Assembly: GCA_012026655.1 (NCBI GenBank)
Contig: JAAILG010000856.1
Coordinates: forward strand, 1-64,000
Origin: Hydrolagus affinis
Taxonomy: Eukaryota
Direction: 5' to 3'
Length of the DNA: 64,000 nt
This document shows positions 36,207 to 49,681 of this stretch, piece after piece. The translations under genes and the position numbers were made by a program. A model generated the notes under the pieces. That model saw only the letters and a list, made by a program, of their open reading frames with translations, was not told the DNA's origin and did not search any database. Each line of letters opens with the position of its first letter. The stretch's first letter is position 1.

Positions 36207-38889
36207 ACAATAAACTGGGAGAGATGGAGCAAAATATTCTCTCACTGTTACAAGAAATGTAGGAAATCAAGTTTCAGCATCAATGCTTCAGAGATTCCCT
36301 GTGGTCATTATAGGCTCTTCAGTCTTGAAGACCGTTCAGACGGGATCGCATTTTATCAGGATTGAAAAAGTAAATCCAGATTATTATTTTAGTATACAGT
36401 ATATCATTAGAGTAGAACAAGAAGATGTGGTTTTAAAGGGATATATCAGAGCTTATACCAGGAAGATTTCTGTGTTTTTTTAATGCGGAAGGTAATCAAT
36501 CCACCACTTTTTGTGGGACACTGCTTAGTGCAATTGGCTATAGAGTTTCGCTCACAAAATATACAGTCAATTCACTTTACTACAACAACAACAAAATTAC
36601 ATTTATAGAGCACCTTTCACACTGGGAGGATTTCCCAAGCTGCTGGAATATATTTTACAGTATATTCTGTGAAGCTTTGAGGCATCTCAAGGGCATGATG
36701 AGGCTCTATACCAAATGCAATGATTATTTTTATTATTATTGATATAGGATACAGTTTTATGTGAGTTGTTAGAAAATGTACATAATGACATGTGTGCTTG
36801 GGGGGGAAATTAAGGGGTTGAAATCAGGTCATTCAATTGCAAGAATAGAATTAGTGAATGTCAGCAGAGAAGAGAAGATTCATCTTCAGCTGCAGTACAG
36901 TCACCGTGCGGCATGCACGATTTACACAGTCTGAAATTCAATCGGTAATAATGGACAGTTGGGAATGATTACAAAGGGAGTAATCCCATTCAAATAGCGA
37001 CATCGGGAACAGCACAAAGCTCCAGCAGTTTAAAATCATTGGAACTTCAAACTCAATTGCAGCCATGTGATCAATCCAATGTATTGTGTGTGTATGTGTC
37101 TGTGTGCGTGTGCGCTTTTAATATAATCCATTGCATGCAGTTTGTAGGAAATATTTGACCTGATTGTTTATGAGCACCAGACATTGTGGAGGGTGAGACT
37201 GTCATGTAGCTTTGATGCAATAATGGCAGAGCACAGAGGATGGAAGACAGCTATGCAAATATTGTGATTTAGTTGTGTTCTAACACGTGGTTCATCATTG
37301 GGAAATAAACTGGCCCACGTTAATAATAATGATAATAATAAACTAGGTGACATATTCATAATAATACTAATCTTTGCATTTGATAAAGAGCTTGGGAACA
37401 TCTGAAAGAGCTTCGCAGGATTTACTGTAAAGTGCAATGACTACAAATGTGGTTGCCAAAAATGCACACAGCAATGTCCCAAGGTAACTATATCTTGGAA
37501 GAAAATATCAATAAGAGTTAAGAACAGGATTGTGCTCACATTCATAAATGTGGAATAATTGATAGGGATAGCGCACATAAGAGACTCATATAATGATCAT
37601 CAGGGATATCCCAGGATATGTTTTTATTAACAGAAGAAAGTCTATAGAGGAACCATTTGATGCATCGAAACAGATTCCATGTGATGATGTCCCAAATCAG
37701 GTGGGGGCAGTGAATCACCTTGAGCACAATCCAAAGCAGAAATACCCTGAGCTAAAGGAGGCACAGGGAGAAAACTAGCTGTTGATTGGTGCCAATTCTG
37801 CCTGAAGTGACCAGCCTGGAAGGAGCAGTCTTATAACTAACAGGAGAAACAAGAGAGGTCAAGCAAACCTGACAGAAAGTAGTATTGTGGAACTAATGCC
37901 TGCAGCATTTCAGACATCTTGTAGAAATCAAGAAATTGAGGAAGGTGACCGTAAGCAGCATCAGAAAGGAAGGTCTTTTGGGGGGATTTCAAAGTAGTGA
38001 GGGATGGGGAGGAAGGGGACTCTATGTGCATACGTATACACAAGTGAAATTCATTCCAGAGGCGTTCATAATTTTTTATACGGTGCTTATTTTTATTTTA
38101 TGAAAAGCTCGGTAGAGACAGTATTGGATCAACACTAATTAGAAATTGTGCAACTGCTTGAACTCGTGTTTCGCCCACAAAATATACAGTCACTACACTT
38201 TATAGTATATTCTGTGAAGCGCTTTGAGATGCCGAGAAGCCGTGAAAAGCTCTGTATCAAAACACAAGGATGACTATTATTTTTATTATTGTCTGAATTG
38301 CTACTGTGTTCATTGTGTTAATAGCTTCACTGTTCCCTGGGTTTCTTTCTGGTCTGGAAAACTGGACACTTGAAATAAAGAGCTGAAACCCATCAGGCTC
38401 TGCGGCTTCATAAAATACTTCTTCAGAATAGTGCAGATAGATCACTGAACTTTTATTACTGCTGAGTAATGTTTTCAATTAATTTGAAAGCAGAGGTATA
38501 AATCCTCTCTTGATTATATTTCTAACAAAACTATTCAAATATTATGATACACTAAGATTCACTATAAAATAGATGGCAAGCGACACAAATCACAGAGCAA
38601 AGTAAGTTTTGAAAGCCCTTTAAGTTGAGAATTTCATAAAATGAAATTCCCTTTTGGTAATGTTAAACAATAATCTAGTCCATTATAGACTTTCATGCTA
38701 GCAAATTTTGCCTACAAATATACAGTCAATTCACTCTATGGTGTACTCTTTGAAGTGCTTTATGACGCCTAGAAAGAGTGAAAAGTGCTATATCAAATGT
38801 AAGGATTATTATTATAGAAGTGTCTTAAAACAATAAGCAACACATCTGATGAATTTGACATACATAGTCTTTTCTATATAACCTGTGAC

Positions 38890-39070
38890 ATTAGGAAGAT
38901 AGGAACAGGAGTAGGTCATTCAGCCCGTCGAGCCTGTGCCGCCATTTAATTAGATCATCTATCTAATTATCATGTAATTAGATCTGTATCTCTACTAATC
39001 CTTTCAATTCCAATTTCCCGCTTTCACCCTGTATCCCTTAATACTTCGACCTACCAAAAAATTATCAACA
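38890..39070 (-). mobile_element. CR1 3' end
   Basis: TAGGAACAGGAGTAGGTCATTCAGCCCGTCGAGCCTG is the reverse complement of a typical CR1 tail. Confidence 0.6.
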
Positions 39071-40476
39071 TTGAAATGATTTTCACTCTATCTTCAATGA
39101 AGGTCATGCCTATTTGGAAGGCCAAGGAAACTTAGTCGCACAATTGTATCTTGAAGGAAGTTCTTTACACTCTATATCTTTTTATAATGTGTCTGCAGTT
39201 TCTTTAGGCCAACTTTAAAGCAAATGGTAAATTACAGGCATAATATGATACAGAGATTTTTGAACTCCCTAGTACGTCAATCATGTGTTAACATGCTAAG
39301 TCACAGAATAATAGCGTAGAGTTGACTGCCTTAATAATGTTGTATGATTGTAAAATCCCAGATCCCAAACACAATGCACTGTCCACTGGGAAAACAAGAG
39401 GTTGAGTTAATCTAGGTGGCTCTCACCTACCTCCTAGTGGCCACCTTCACACTAGCATTTGTCTGCCCAAGAAAGTGGGGCTAGTCTGCTGGGTGTTAGG
39501 ATTGTGCAGCCAATGTTCATCGTGCTATTCAGGAATAAGTAGCGACATACAATTTCGAACAGCCCAAAACTACAATTGATGCACCAGTGATTCTACCCTG
39601 GTAGGGTCACTACACTTTCTAGTACAAATTGTGAAGTTCTTGGAGAGGTCATCCCAACGTTAAAGGCATTAATTCAAATGCAAAGCATTATTACTATTAT
39701 TACTGCTTACTGTTATATTGTGAGGATACAGCTGCTTTAATGACACTGAAAAAGAATTAAATAAAGGATGCTTAACCAATACAAATGATGGGAAAATAAT
39801 TATAATACAACTCAGTAGAAACTTCAATCCAACAATGGTACTTGATATTGGTACAAATTTACTCAATGATTTGCTGCAATTGATCCAAAACATAAAAAGA
39901 TTCATAGAATCCAACTACCTAACTTTATCAGCAACTGAGCAGCAAGCAGCAGCAACAGAAAATTCCCGATAGCCATATAACTTCTGAGCTGTAAAATCCT
40001 CACATTTACTGTAGGGACAACTGGTCTGAATATCTCATCTTGCATACCGTACGTACTAAACATTGCTTCACTTTTCAACAAATCCAATTAAATTGGGAGA
40101 GTGCAGAAGGGGCCAGAATTTTACAAACACTTTTGCAACCTGGCGCAAAACAGTGGGAAATCACTGAACCTGTACTAGGAAAACCTGGGATTTTGTCTAG
40201 CACTAGTTTCTGACTTTACAGTTATGTTTAGTAATGCACAATGGCAATGTAGCCAATGAATCACAATGGGGGAGGAAATTACAATTGAGCTCCTTTTAAC
40301 TCTAAACTCGGCAAATTTGGTCCATTTTGCAAAATTGAAACAATCTTTCTAGTCAGAGCCAGCAACAAAGCTGAATAAACAAGAGCAGTTCCCAGGGCCT
40401 TTCAGTCTCTTACTGTTCGCATAGTTTCAAAGGAATTTACCGGCAAACTTTTAACAAGGGTGCGTAAGCTCAGGAG

Positions 40477-41029
40477 TAGAGTCCAGCGATATGGAATTTT
40501 TCCGATATCGATATATTGGTGATATATCGATATCACCAGGTTTTTTATCTTGTGCGCATGCGCGGAAATGGTAATTAGCGGGAGGAGGGAGAATGACCGG
40601 TCTGCGCATGTCTGATTTGTTTGGTGGTAGAGGGATGCGTGTGCATTCAGTATGCGTGCGCATTCAGTGCGCCTTCAGTATGCGCGTGCATTCAGTATGC
40701 GTACTCTAGGCCCAGGAGGATTGCGATGCAAGCGATAAGGTCAGTTAAATGCCATCTATGGTTTTTTGTGAGTTTAAGTGAGCGTAATGGGCATTTGAAC
40801 CTTTGGTTGTATATTTTCTGTATGCTGTAACGTGGCATCTGTTGACGATATACCAATATTTTGTCGATATACTGATATTTTGTTGATATACCGATCTTTT
40901 GTCAATATAACGCTATTTTTTTCATACCGAATTTTTCGATATACTGATACATTAAAAATTTCGATATCGGTATATCGATATGAAAATTTATACCGGTATA
41001 ACTGATAATCAATATATCACCGGACACTA
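40477..41029. mobile_element. hAT-superfamily MITE
   Basis: Perfect 8-bp TSD CTCAGGAG (40469-40476 and 41030-41037). TIRs TAGAGTCCAGCGATAT / ATATCACCGGACACTA. Many CGATAT/ATATCG subterminal motifs. Confidence 0.9.
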
Positions 41030-42806
41030 CTCAGGAGTATCATTAAAAAGTTTTAAATATTGGACATTTCAAGAGAAAAAAAATAAAAGGAGGCATGGTA
41101 AAAATAAAAAGAGCAGGACACTGGAAACTAATAGAAGTGCTCGCAATAGAGTAGATAGAGAAGATATAAAAATAATATTATAATAATAATCTTTGCATTT
41201 GATATAGCGTCTTATCAGTCTTTTTAAGATATCTCAAAGCGCTTTACAGAACATATTGTAAATTGGCGTTCTGTATATTGTGAATTGGACTGACTGTATC
41301 TTGTGGGTGAAATCGGCAGCTAAGCAGAACTGTGGAGGTGGTTGAATGGCCTGTTTCTATACTGCAATTTCCATATACAGTATACTGTACTGTACTTTAT
41401 TAATGTAAAAATTGCAACTCAGGTCAGGAGGGAGGGAAGTTTCAGGGAAGTTACAAATCCTCCATGGCTGTTTCTGGGGTATTGCTGTATGTAAATTAGC
41501 CTCCATAATACACATTCGCCAGACTTTACAGCAAGCTCTGTGAAGCATTTTGAGACATCGTATAGGTATGATAAGGCTCTATATCAAATGCAAGGATTAT
41601 TATTAAGGATTATTATTAAGGATTATTATGTATTACTGCCCTGTGCACATGGGCTGCTGCTTTCACCAGCAAAATGGACTTTACAGTGACTCTTGTGAAT
41701 TGCATTGAGATGTGCTCCCAATGTGAAAGGCAGTAAGTATATCAAATACAAAGATTATTATTCTTAGTAAGAGCTTGCACATTTACCAACACAAATTAGG
41801 ATTTATGTATGTCTTGCCTTGTTGGCTGGTGTGCTTCTATTAGTCAATGGCAAAGAGGAAACTAATAGAAGTGCTGGCAATAAAGCAGGACATTAGCAGG
41901 AACACGCACCTCTGACCAAAACTCTAAAATATAAGTAAATCAATCCCGCTACAAAGGGAACTAGAACTGGTAGTAAATTAAGAAGGTGCGCTCTCTCTTC
42001 CTTATATTCATTACAGTGTATTATATTATATTTGCCCACAAATATACAGTCAATTCACATTACAGTATATTCTGTGAAGCGCTTTGAGATGTTTAGAAGA
42101 CATGAAAAGCGCCATATCAAATGCAAGGATTGTTATTATTTATATTATTATTACATAGACTGCATCTCTGCTGTATTTTCATGAGCTAAAATAGCCAGGT
42201 TGCATTATTTTCAAATGATCCTCAAAAGATTATCAGCTTAACACAATCTCCGACCTTGATACAAAATTCTGAGGAATAAACATTCTATGGCATTAGATAA
42301 TCATAATTGTCGAGTTAGGGATATAAACTGACAAGAGCCTAAGTGTATTTGAACACTCCAACAGAGAAGATCAGAGTGTAGTCTGAGTATAGTCTGGCAA
42401 CAGAAGTGTCTTGGAGACAGTCTATGCTTAGAAGCTGCTGCAAAACAGCCTAACAGAAATAGATCTGAGGGGCAATGCTTTTTCATGAGTAACAAACTGG
42501 ATACCTTATCCTGCGTGAGTCAAGATCACAACCAGCAAACTACATATAAACCAGGCAACCATTACTAATTCAAAGCAATATTTGCCAAATAACGTTCTTT
42601 ATTACAGAGTGAAATCTCTCAACCCGGAAACAAATTTTAAAATAGACAAATGGCAAAGTAGGTTCGAGGAAGGAAATCCACATCAGTCACAACACTACAC
42701 ACTGGTGCTACAACAATTTTTTTATGCTGCAGAAAGCAGCACCTGATATCATTTCCATATCATAGTGATGTAGATGGGATAATAATAATCCTTGCATTTG
42801 ATATAG

Positions 42807-43428
42807 TCTTCCTCACCTCCAATACCTTCCAATACCTCACCCCAAAAGCCGCTGAAACCTTGGTCCATGCCTTTGTCACCTCTCGGCCGGACTATTGCAA
42901 TGCCCTCCTCGCCGGTCTCCCCTCCACCACAATCCAGCTGATTCAAAACTCTGCCGCCCTCATTCTCACCCACACCAAACTTCGCTCCCCCATTACCCCA
43001 ATGCTTGCCAGACTTCACTGGCTCCCTGTCCCTGAGAGGATCGACTTCATGATCCTCACCCTTGTTTTCAATCTCTTCACTCCTCTGCACCCCACTACCT
43101 CTCTGATCTCCTCCCTCCCCAAACCAGTACCCACTGCCTTCGCTCCACTTGGTCTGGCCTCCTCCAGGTCCTCCGAATCCTCCACTCCACCCTGGGCGGC
43201 CTTGCCTTCAGCCACTATGCCCCGAGGCTCTGGAACTCCCTTCCTCATTCCCTTCGCCTCGCTCCCTCTCTTCCCAGTTTCAGATCACAGCTAAAGACCT
43301 TTCTCTTCGACCGCACCTTTGGTCACCTTTCTACCCCGGCCCCTGGCTCGGTCCCGGGATCTGTTACCATGAAGTGCTCTGAGATGCCGTCCGGCGTGGA
43401 GGACGCTATATAAATTGAAGTTGTTGTT
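42807..43428 (+). mobile_element. L2 3' fragment nested in a SINE
   Basis: VHAFVTSRPDYCNALLAGLP..LHWLPVPERIDF; ends in GCTATATAAATTGAAGTTGTTG. Confidence 0.9.
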
Positions 43429-43639
43429 TTCGAGACATCTTAAAGCACTTCGTAGAATATACTGTGAAGTGAATTGACTGTATATTTTATGGGCGAAATG
43501 TGCTGGCCAATTGCGCACAGCAGTGTCCAACAAACAGTAGTGGATTGAAATGGTCAATTTATAAAATTTTTTGAAAGAATTATTACCCCTGGAAAGCGAT
43601 CTGCCAATCGACTAACAACCGGATTCCTAGGTACAGTAC

Positions 43640-44236
43640 TACAGACACTGGCAGCATCAACCTCCATGGAATTCACACTCTACCTCAACAAGTCAGTCAA
43701 GGAACCCAGGTGTCTTGTTCGATCCTCAACTGTCTTTTCTCCCCCACATCCATGCCATGACCCGCTCTGCCTTCCTTCACCTCTGCAACATTGTAGCAAG
43801 CTCCGCGACCCCATCACCCCGATTCTCTCCCGACTCCACTTCCCCTCACTCAGATAATTCAATTCAAGATCCTGGTTCTCACATTCAAAGCCCTCCAAGG
43901 CATTGCCACACCCTACCTCTGCAAACCTCCAAACCCCCTACCAACTTGTCCGTTCCCTCCACTCAGCCATCTCCAGCCTGTTCTATGTCCCCCGACCCAC
44001 CATCGACAGGCGAGCCTCTGTCCCCAACCTTTGGAATTCCATCCTGCAATCCCTACTCCTCACCACCAAGTCCTGTCTCAAGACCCTCCTCTTTGACCAT
44101 GCCATTGTTCACCCACCTTCCCGTCCCACCTCCCCGATCCCGACTCCAGCTCGGGTCCAAAACACTGACTATGCAGCTCCTTGGGACGTCCTCCTGACGT
44201 AAAAGGCGCTATACAAATGTAATTTTGTTGTTGTTC
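43640..44236 (+). mobile_element. L2 3' fragment (second subfamily tail) nested in a SINE
   Basis: FDPQLSFLPHIHAMTRSAFLHLCNI; tail GGCGCTATACAAATGTAATTTTGTTGTTG. Confidence 0.85.
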
Positions 44237-46199
44237 TTATTGTAGGTAAACAGAGGGACTGTGGAATAAGGAAACTTACCCAATATTTTGCCCTGCCTGC
44301 GTCCAGATCTACAAAACACACTCACATCACTCAATTGAATGAATTTAAGGACACTTGTGCAGGTACAGACACTGATGTGTGTCATCAATGGAATAGACGC
44401 AGATGCTGAACTTTTCTGTCTTTTTTCTCCCTTCCCAAATTCTTGGTGACACAGCTTCCTGGCGCCAGCGGTTATTGCAGAGCCGAGATCCGGGATCAGT
44501 GTCGACACTTTTAGCGTCAAATCAATGAAAACCCATATCAAATTCACGTGTCATTTCGAAGAGCCTCTGCAACTAAAAAAAAGCCTCTTTCACTTTAGCT
44601 GATATTGGCAAGGCAGTACTGAGTCCTGTGCTGTGATTTACAGTTATGTTTTGGAATGAGCCTTTCCATTACGGGTTTACAGTGTGTACATTTGAAGCGA
44701 GCTGAATTCTCTAGTACTCATGTTAATTTGAGCTTCAAAGCAAAGATTTCAAAAGCGTTCTGCTTAGAGAAAATGACAAACCTGAATAATTTAGATGACA
44801 CGAGACAGGAACACGTTAGAACGTGAAGTCTTCAAACAAAATGCTTTTTTGGGGGAAGAGACAAAAAAAAATCACATGCCAAAGCTACTTAACCCACTGC
44901 CTTCATTACGCAGTGCACAGCGACTATTTAGCGATCTGTTACATACATCTTTTACAACACGTGAATGGGTAAAAAAGACAGTAAGAGTATAAGTAACCAT
45001 TTCTCAAACTTATTGCAGCTTGTGATGAAGCCTAGCCAGCGACCCTTTAACTACAATTATCACAGCTTCATTTCCAGCAATCAATTAAACAGAATCATAG
45101 TTATTTGCTTACTTTAGCCGAGAGGCTTGGTTGCACCCATGTGTTTTACTGGACATGAATAATACAGTAAAATACTTTGTTTATTATGAAGCAACTGGAA
45201 CAGTGAATAAATCAAACATCTAACACGTTGACCCCTTTCAATGTATTCAGCTTTTAGATTTATATCCGCGTCTTCTGCCCGCAGTATTGAAGGATAAATA
45301 TTAATCTTTGCTCACATAATGCTGAGCGGTGCTATTATTCCACCATTAGAAAATTATAATAAGCACTGGGGGACACAGGAAGAAAATTAAACAAGGCTTG
45401 ACTAAGAAAATAGACAAATGTATTTCCCTTCGCAGAGGTAGTGAATATGTTGTGATATCAAAGACAAGCTGTGCAGTTTTATATGGTTAGACTCCAGCAT
45501 TATCCCACTCTGGTGCCTCCAAGCCTCTGCTCTTGCCAACCTGCGCCCAATACTCTCTGGAATTAGGGAAGCAGCATGGGTACCTCCAAGGAGAGAGTGT
45601 GCATTCCACTTCAACAATCTATCTCTGGAATTTATTGGGTTTGGATGCTCTTAAGATTGGTGATGGGTTTCCATCGACCCCAACCCCCACCCCAAAAAAA
45701 ATACATGTGTTGCAAGCAAAAGAGTTCACACTAACTGAATGCATTTCTTTATTTAAAAAACTAGATAAAACTGCTGAAATGGACTTGAGTGTTATAAGGA
45801 AAGAGAGAGAGAGAGAAAGAGAGATTAAATCCAATGGTCCACCTCCAGCTGAGGAGAAAGTAGATAAGCCATTGGAAGAATACAATGGGACAACTCAGCA
45901 AATCAGGCCGTGAGAATAGAATATTTTGAAGATTCACTCCATTGTGTTTCAGGAGTGGGTGTTAGACAATGTCCAACCCGTGTCCCAGCACTCCGTGGTA
46001 ACATTAACAATAGTTATAATATTCCTTGCGTTTGATATAGCTCCTTATCATGTCTTCAAGACGTCTCATACACTGAATATACTGTAAAGTTTTGCCCACA
46101 AATATACAGTCAATTCACTTTACAGTATATGCTTTGGGACTTCTGGAAGACGTGAAAAGTGCTACATCAAATGCAAGGATTATTATTATTGTTATTAAC

Positions 46200-46224
46200 T
46201 GTGTGTGTGTGTGTGTGTGTGTGC
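46200..46224 (+). repeat. (TG)n microsatellite after a SINE tail
   Basis: Directly visible. Confidence 0.9.
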
Positions 46225-46379
46225 GCAACAGTCTCCTAGGCTGGACCATTGGATTTGATCACTGTCTACCTTATAACATTTTACAATTCCATTTCAGCAG
46301 ATTTATCCAGGTTTTTAACATGAGTAATAAAGGTCAACCACAAGAGAGGTTAAGAGAATGTTAAATAACAAATATACGC

Positions 46380-46610
46380 AGCTGGTAATAGGTTATGGAA
46401 TACACCTGCCATATAACTGTGGTTGAAGAAAATTCTGCAATAGCTTTTAAAAGTAGAGAATTAGACAAATATTTGAAACAGACAAATACAAAGAGCTAAG
46501 GGTTAAAGGCTGAGGAGAGGCGTTGCACAAAAATACTCTTGCAAAGTGTTGGCGCAGACACAATAGGTTAAATGGTCTTCTTCTGCGCTAAAAAGAAATG
46601 TTATAATTCT
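46380..46610 (+). mobile_element. CR1 3' end
   Basis: TTATGGAAT..GCTTTTAAAAG..TTAGACAAATATTTG..AAATGGTCTTCTTCTGCGCT. Confidence 0.55.
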
Positions 46611-48029
46611 AAAGCTAATAATCAGGCTCCACGATTCATGCCTAGATGCTGTGCAGTAATTTGGAGAATTTCAGATCAATTGCTCACGGTGCAAACGATA
46701 TATTAAATCCCGAAAGCTCTTCCCAGCTTTCAGAAGAAATAAACATGCAAGTGTATTGACTTGCTCAAGGGAACAGTTTTCTGCTCATTAACTTTAAAAA
46801 TGCTTGTTCCATCATGAAACATCTTTTATAGATCTGGCCATTAGCATGACTAATAAACAGGGCACACAAACACTGGCATCTCGGTGATCTGAAACATGAA
46901 ACAAAATGCAGTGATCGCTCTGTTAAAAATAATCTGAGACATCATATCAGTGTCCATGTCAGATCAGTTATTTAGTCCCTAGGATTTTTCAACAATCCTG
47001 TCACAAGATCACAAGAGGCCTGTTTGTTCTTATAAAAAGAAAGTTCAATGGAATCTTCTTATAAGGTGGTGGTCGGGATCAACAGAATCCCATCCTACAT
47101 TGTGACGATGCTTCAATAGACTTCATTCTAGACCGCTTCACTGCATATGGCTCATCCAGCTGCCTCCTGTGCCCTAAATAACGATCATTCGGTCATCACC
47201 AATGTCATTTCCCTCCTGTGGGTTGACCAGTGACGAGAGCAGGAACCTGGAGACAGGCTGGTTGTGTTTGTCAGAACTCTGAGGGAAGTAGGTCCATGTT
47301 CAATGTAGACAATCATAACAAGATTTCATAGATAGCCGTGATGAGGAATGGCTGATTTATCAGGAGAATCTACAGCCAGGACACAGGGAGAAACTCCCTT
47401 CTCTGTTCATACAACATCATGGAATTGCGGAGTCCTGTATTTCAGTAGTTAGAGCACTCGCCATACATCCGGGCGAAACCTTGGGCAAGTTTCCTTACTC
47501 TACACACCTAATAATAATCCCTTCCCCCCAAAAATTGATAATTTCAATTCGCAACTGTTTATGGGACACTGCTGTACTAAAAGAGACTATTAGCTCTATT
47601 GACAAGGAACTGGAATCCACAATCTTTTGAATCACAGGCAAGAATACTACCAATTGAGCCCAAACCAAAACCTGGGCAATTTCTTAGAGGAACACAAAAT
47701 AATCACCCAAATGGCCTACATTTCTACGATTGCCTTCAAAATACACATTCATTACACTTCAAAACAAAATTGTGAGATGCCCTCCAAATGTAAAACAACA
47801 AAAACAACAAAATTACATTTGTATAGCTCCTTTCACGTTGGGAGGATGTCCCAAGGCGCTGCACTGTCAGTGTTTCAGACCCGCTTGATAACGTAATCTT
47901 TTAGAGTCCAAATGACAAAGCTAGTTGTAAATGAAATGAGTGTTCACTACAATTACCAATTAATCCAACAAGAACAAAATGCAAGACTGAGCTTAATTAT
48001 GGAATGCTGTACTGTACACACATCTTATA

Positions 48030-48300
48030 AGTGGGAGAACCTGGGTTCAATCCTGGACAGGGTAAAAAGTAAACTTGCTTTACTCCACATACCTCTATTT
48101 ACCTAGCAGAAATAGGAACCTAGTTGTTAGTCAATTTGGGATCACTTTTCCAAGGGTAATAATCCCTCCAAAACAATAAATATAAATGGCTGCCGCATTT
48201 TGCCTACAAAATACAGTCAATCCACTTTGCAGTATTTTCTGTGAAGCACATTGAGATGTCTTGAAGATATGAAAAGGCATTATATCAAATGCAAGGATTT
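48030..48300 (+). mobile_element. SINE, long subfamily with CORE-like central segment
   Basis: Contains ACCTCTATTTACCTAGCAGAAATAGGAACCTAGTTGTTAGTCAAT, which the short subfamily lacks. Confidence 0.75.
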
Positions 48301-49009
48301 CTATCAACTTTAGTATAGCTGCTTTAAGGAACGTATCTCTTATTCTGACCTGATCATTGCTATGATACTTGCCCATGCCCCGAAGCAGTTTGCTTTTATG
48401 TACAAAATATTTCTCTTCAGAATAAGAAAATCAACAGATAAAACAACACATTAATACTGAGGGTAATATGAGTGGATGAGTTACAGTTTGCAACAAAGAA
48501 GCTGAATATTACAAAGATAGCTGATCAATGCAAGAGAGATAAACAATGCAAATTCTATGGCACTGAAAAACAAAAACACATAATTATACATTAAGTCATG
48601 CACTTTTTGTCGCCACAAAAGGCAAGGAATTCAGCAGAAGCAGACAACGGCACAGTACTGCAACATAATATTGTGAGAAACAGATTCCGATTAACAATAA
48701 TCCTTGCATTTGATATTGAGCCTTAATACGTAGTTAAGACGTCTCAAGGTGCTTCACAGAATGTGTATTCTGTGGGCATAGCACAGCAGCCAATTAATTG
48801 TGCACAGCCTTGCCCCTCAAACAGTCATGGAATGAGTGACCAAATTATTATTATTCTTTTGGACGGACTATTACCTATTATTAAGTCTTTTGTGCAGACC
48901 AACATGGCAGCTATTTTGCAACAAAGGGTCCACAATTTAGACCATTCACCCAATTGAGCCTATTCCGTTTATTTCTTACATCACGAGTTAGTGGTGCTTT
49001 ATAATACTA

Positions 49010-49681
49010 ATAAAAATAATAATCCTTGCATGTGATGTAGCACTTTTCACATCTTATTGACGTCTCAAAGAGCTTCACAGAATATACTGTATTATTATAA
49101 TAATAATAAGTGAATTAACTGTATATTTGTGGGCGAAACGTGGCAGCCAATTGCACACAGCAGTGTCCCCACAAACAATCGTGGATTGAAATGATCAATT
49201 TTATTATTGTTTTTTGTTTGACGGATTATTATTAGGCGTGTGGAGTTAGGACACTTGCCCAAGATTTCGCCCTGATCTGCCTGGATCCGTCGATATGGAA
49301 ATTTTCCAATATCAATATATCGGTTTGCCCATATCGATATATATCAATATATCAATATCGCGGGGGGTTTTTGTCCTGCGCATGCACGCACATTTTGGTG
49401 TGCGCGCGCATTCGGATATCGACAAGTTAAGTTGAAAAAGTCCGCATTATATCGATATATACCGATATATCGCCGGACACGATATATCGATATTTGCGAT
49501 ATATCAACTTTTTTTAGATATATCGAAATTTGTGATATATTGATATATTTTAAATTCCGATATCGGCATATCGGTATGAAAATTATATAGGATACAACCG
49601 ATATATCGCCGGACCCTAATTGGAACACAGGTCTCACGCTTATAAGGCGAGTGCTCTAACTACTGAGCTACAGGAACGCCA
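49010..49681 (-). mobile_element. tRNA-derived SINE split by the hAT MITE
   Basis: Body at 49010-49285 and head at 49619-49681. Confidence 0.85.
49286..49618. mobile_element. Shorter hAT MITE of the same family, inserted into a SINE
   Basis: Right TIR ATATCGCCGGACCCTA, truncated left TIR TCCGTCGATATGGAA, CGATAT arrays. Splits a SINE at its B box. Confidence 0.8.

Noticed and set aside
40477-41029. Regularly recurring short CGATAT repeats resembling a CRISPR or iteron array
   Set aside because: No constant repeat with unique spacers; bounded by TIRs and an 8-bp TSD, so a hAT MITE in eukaryotic DNA.
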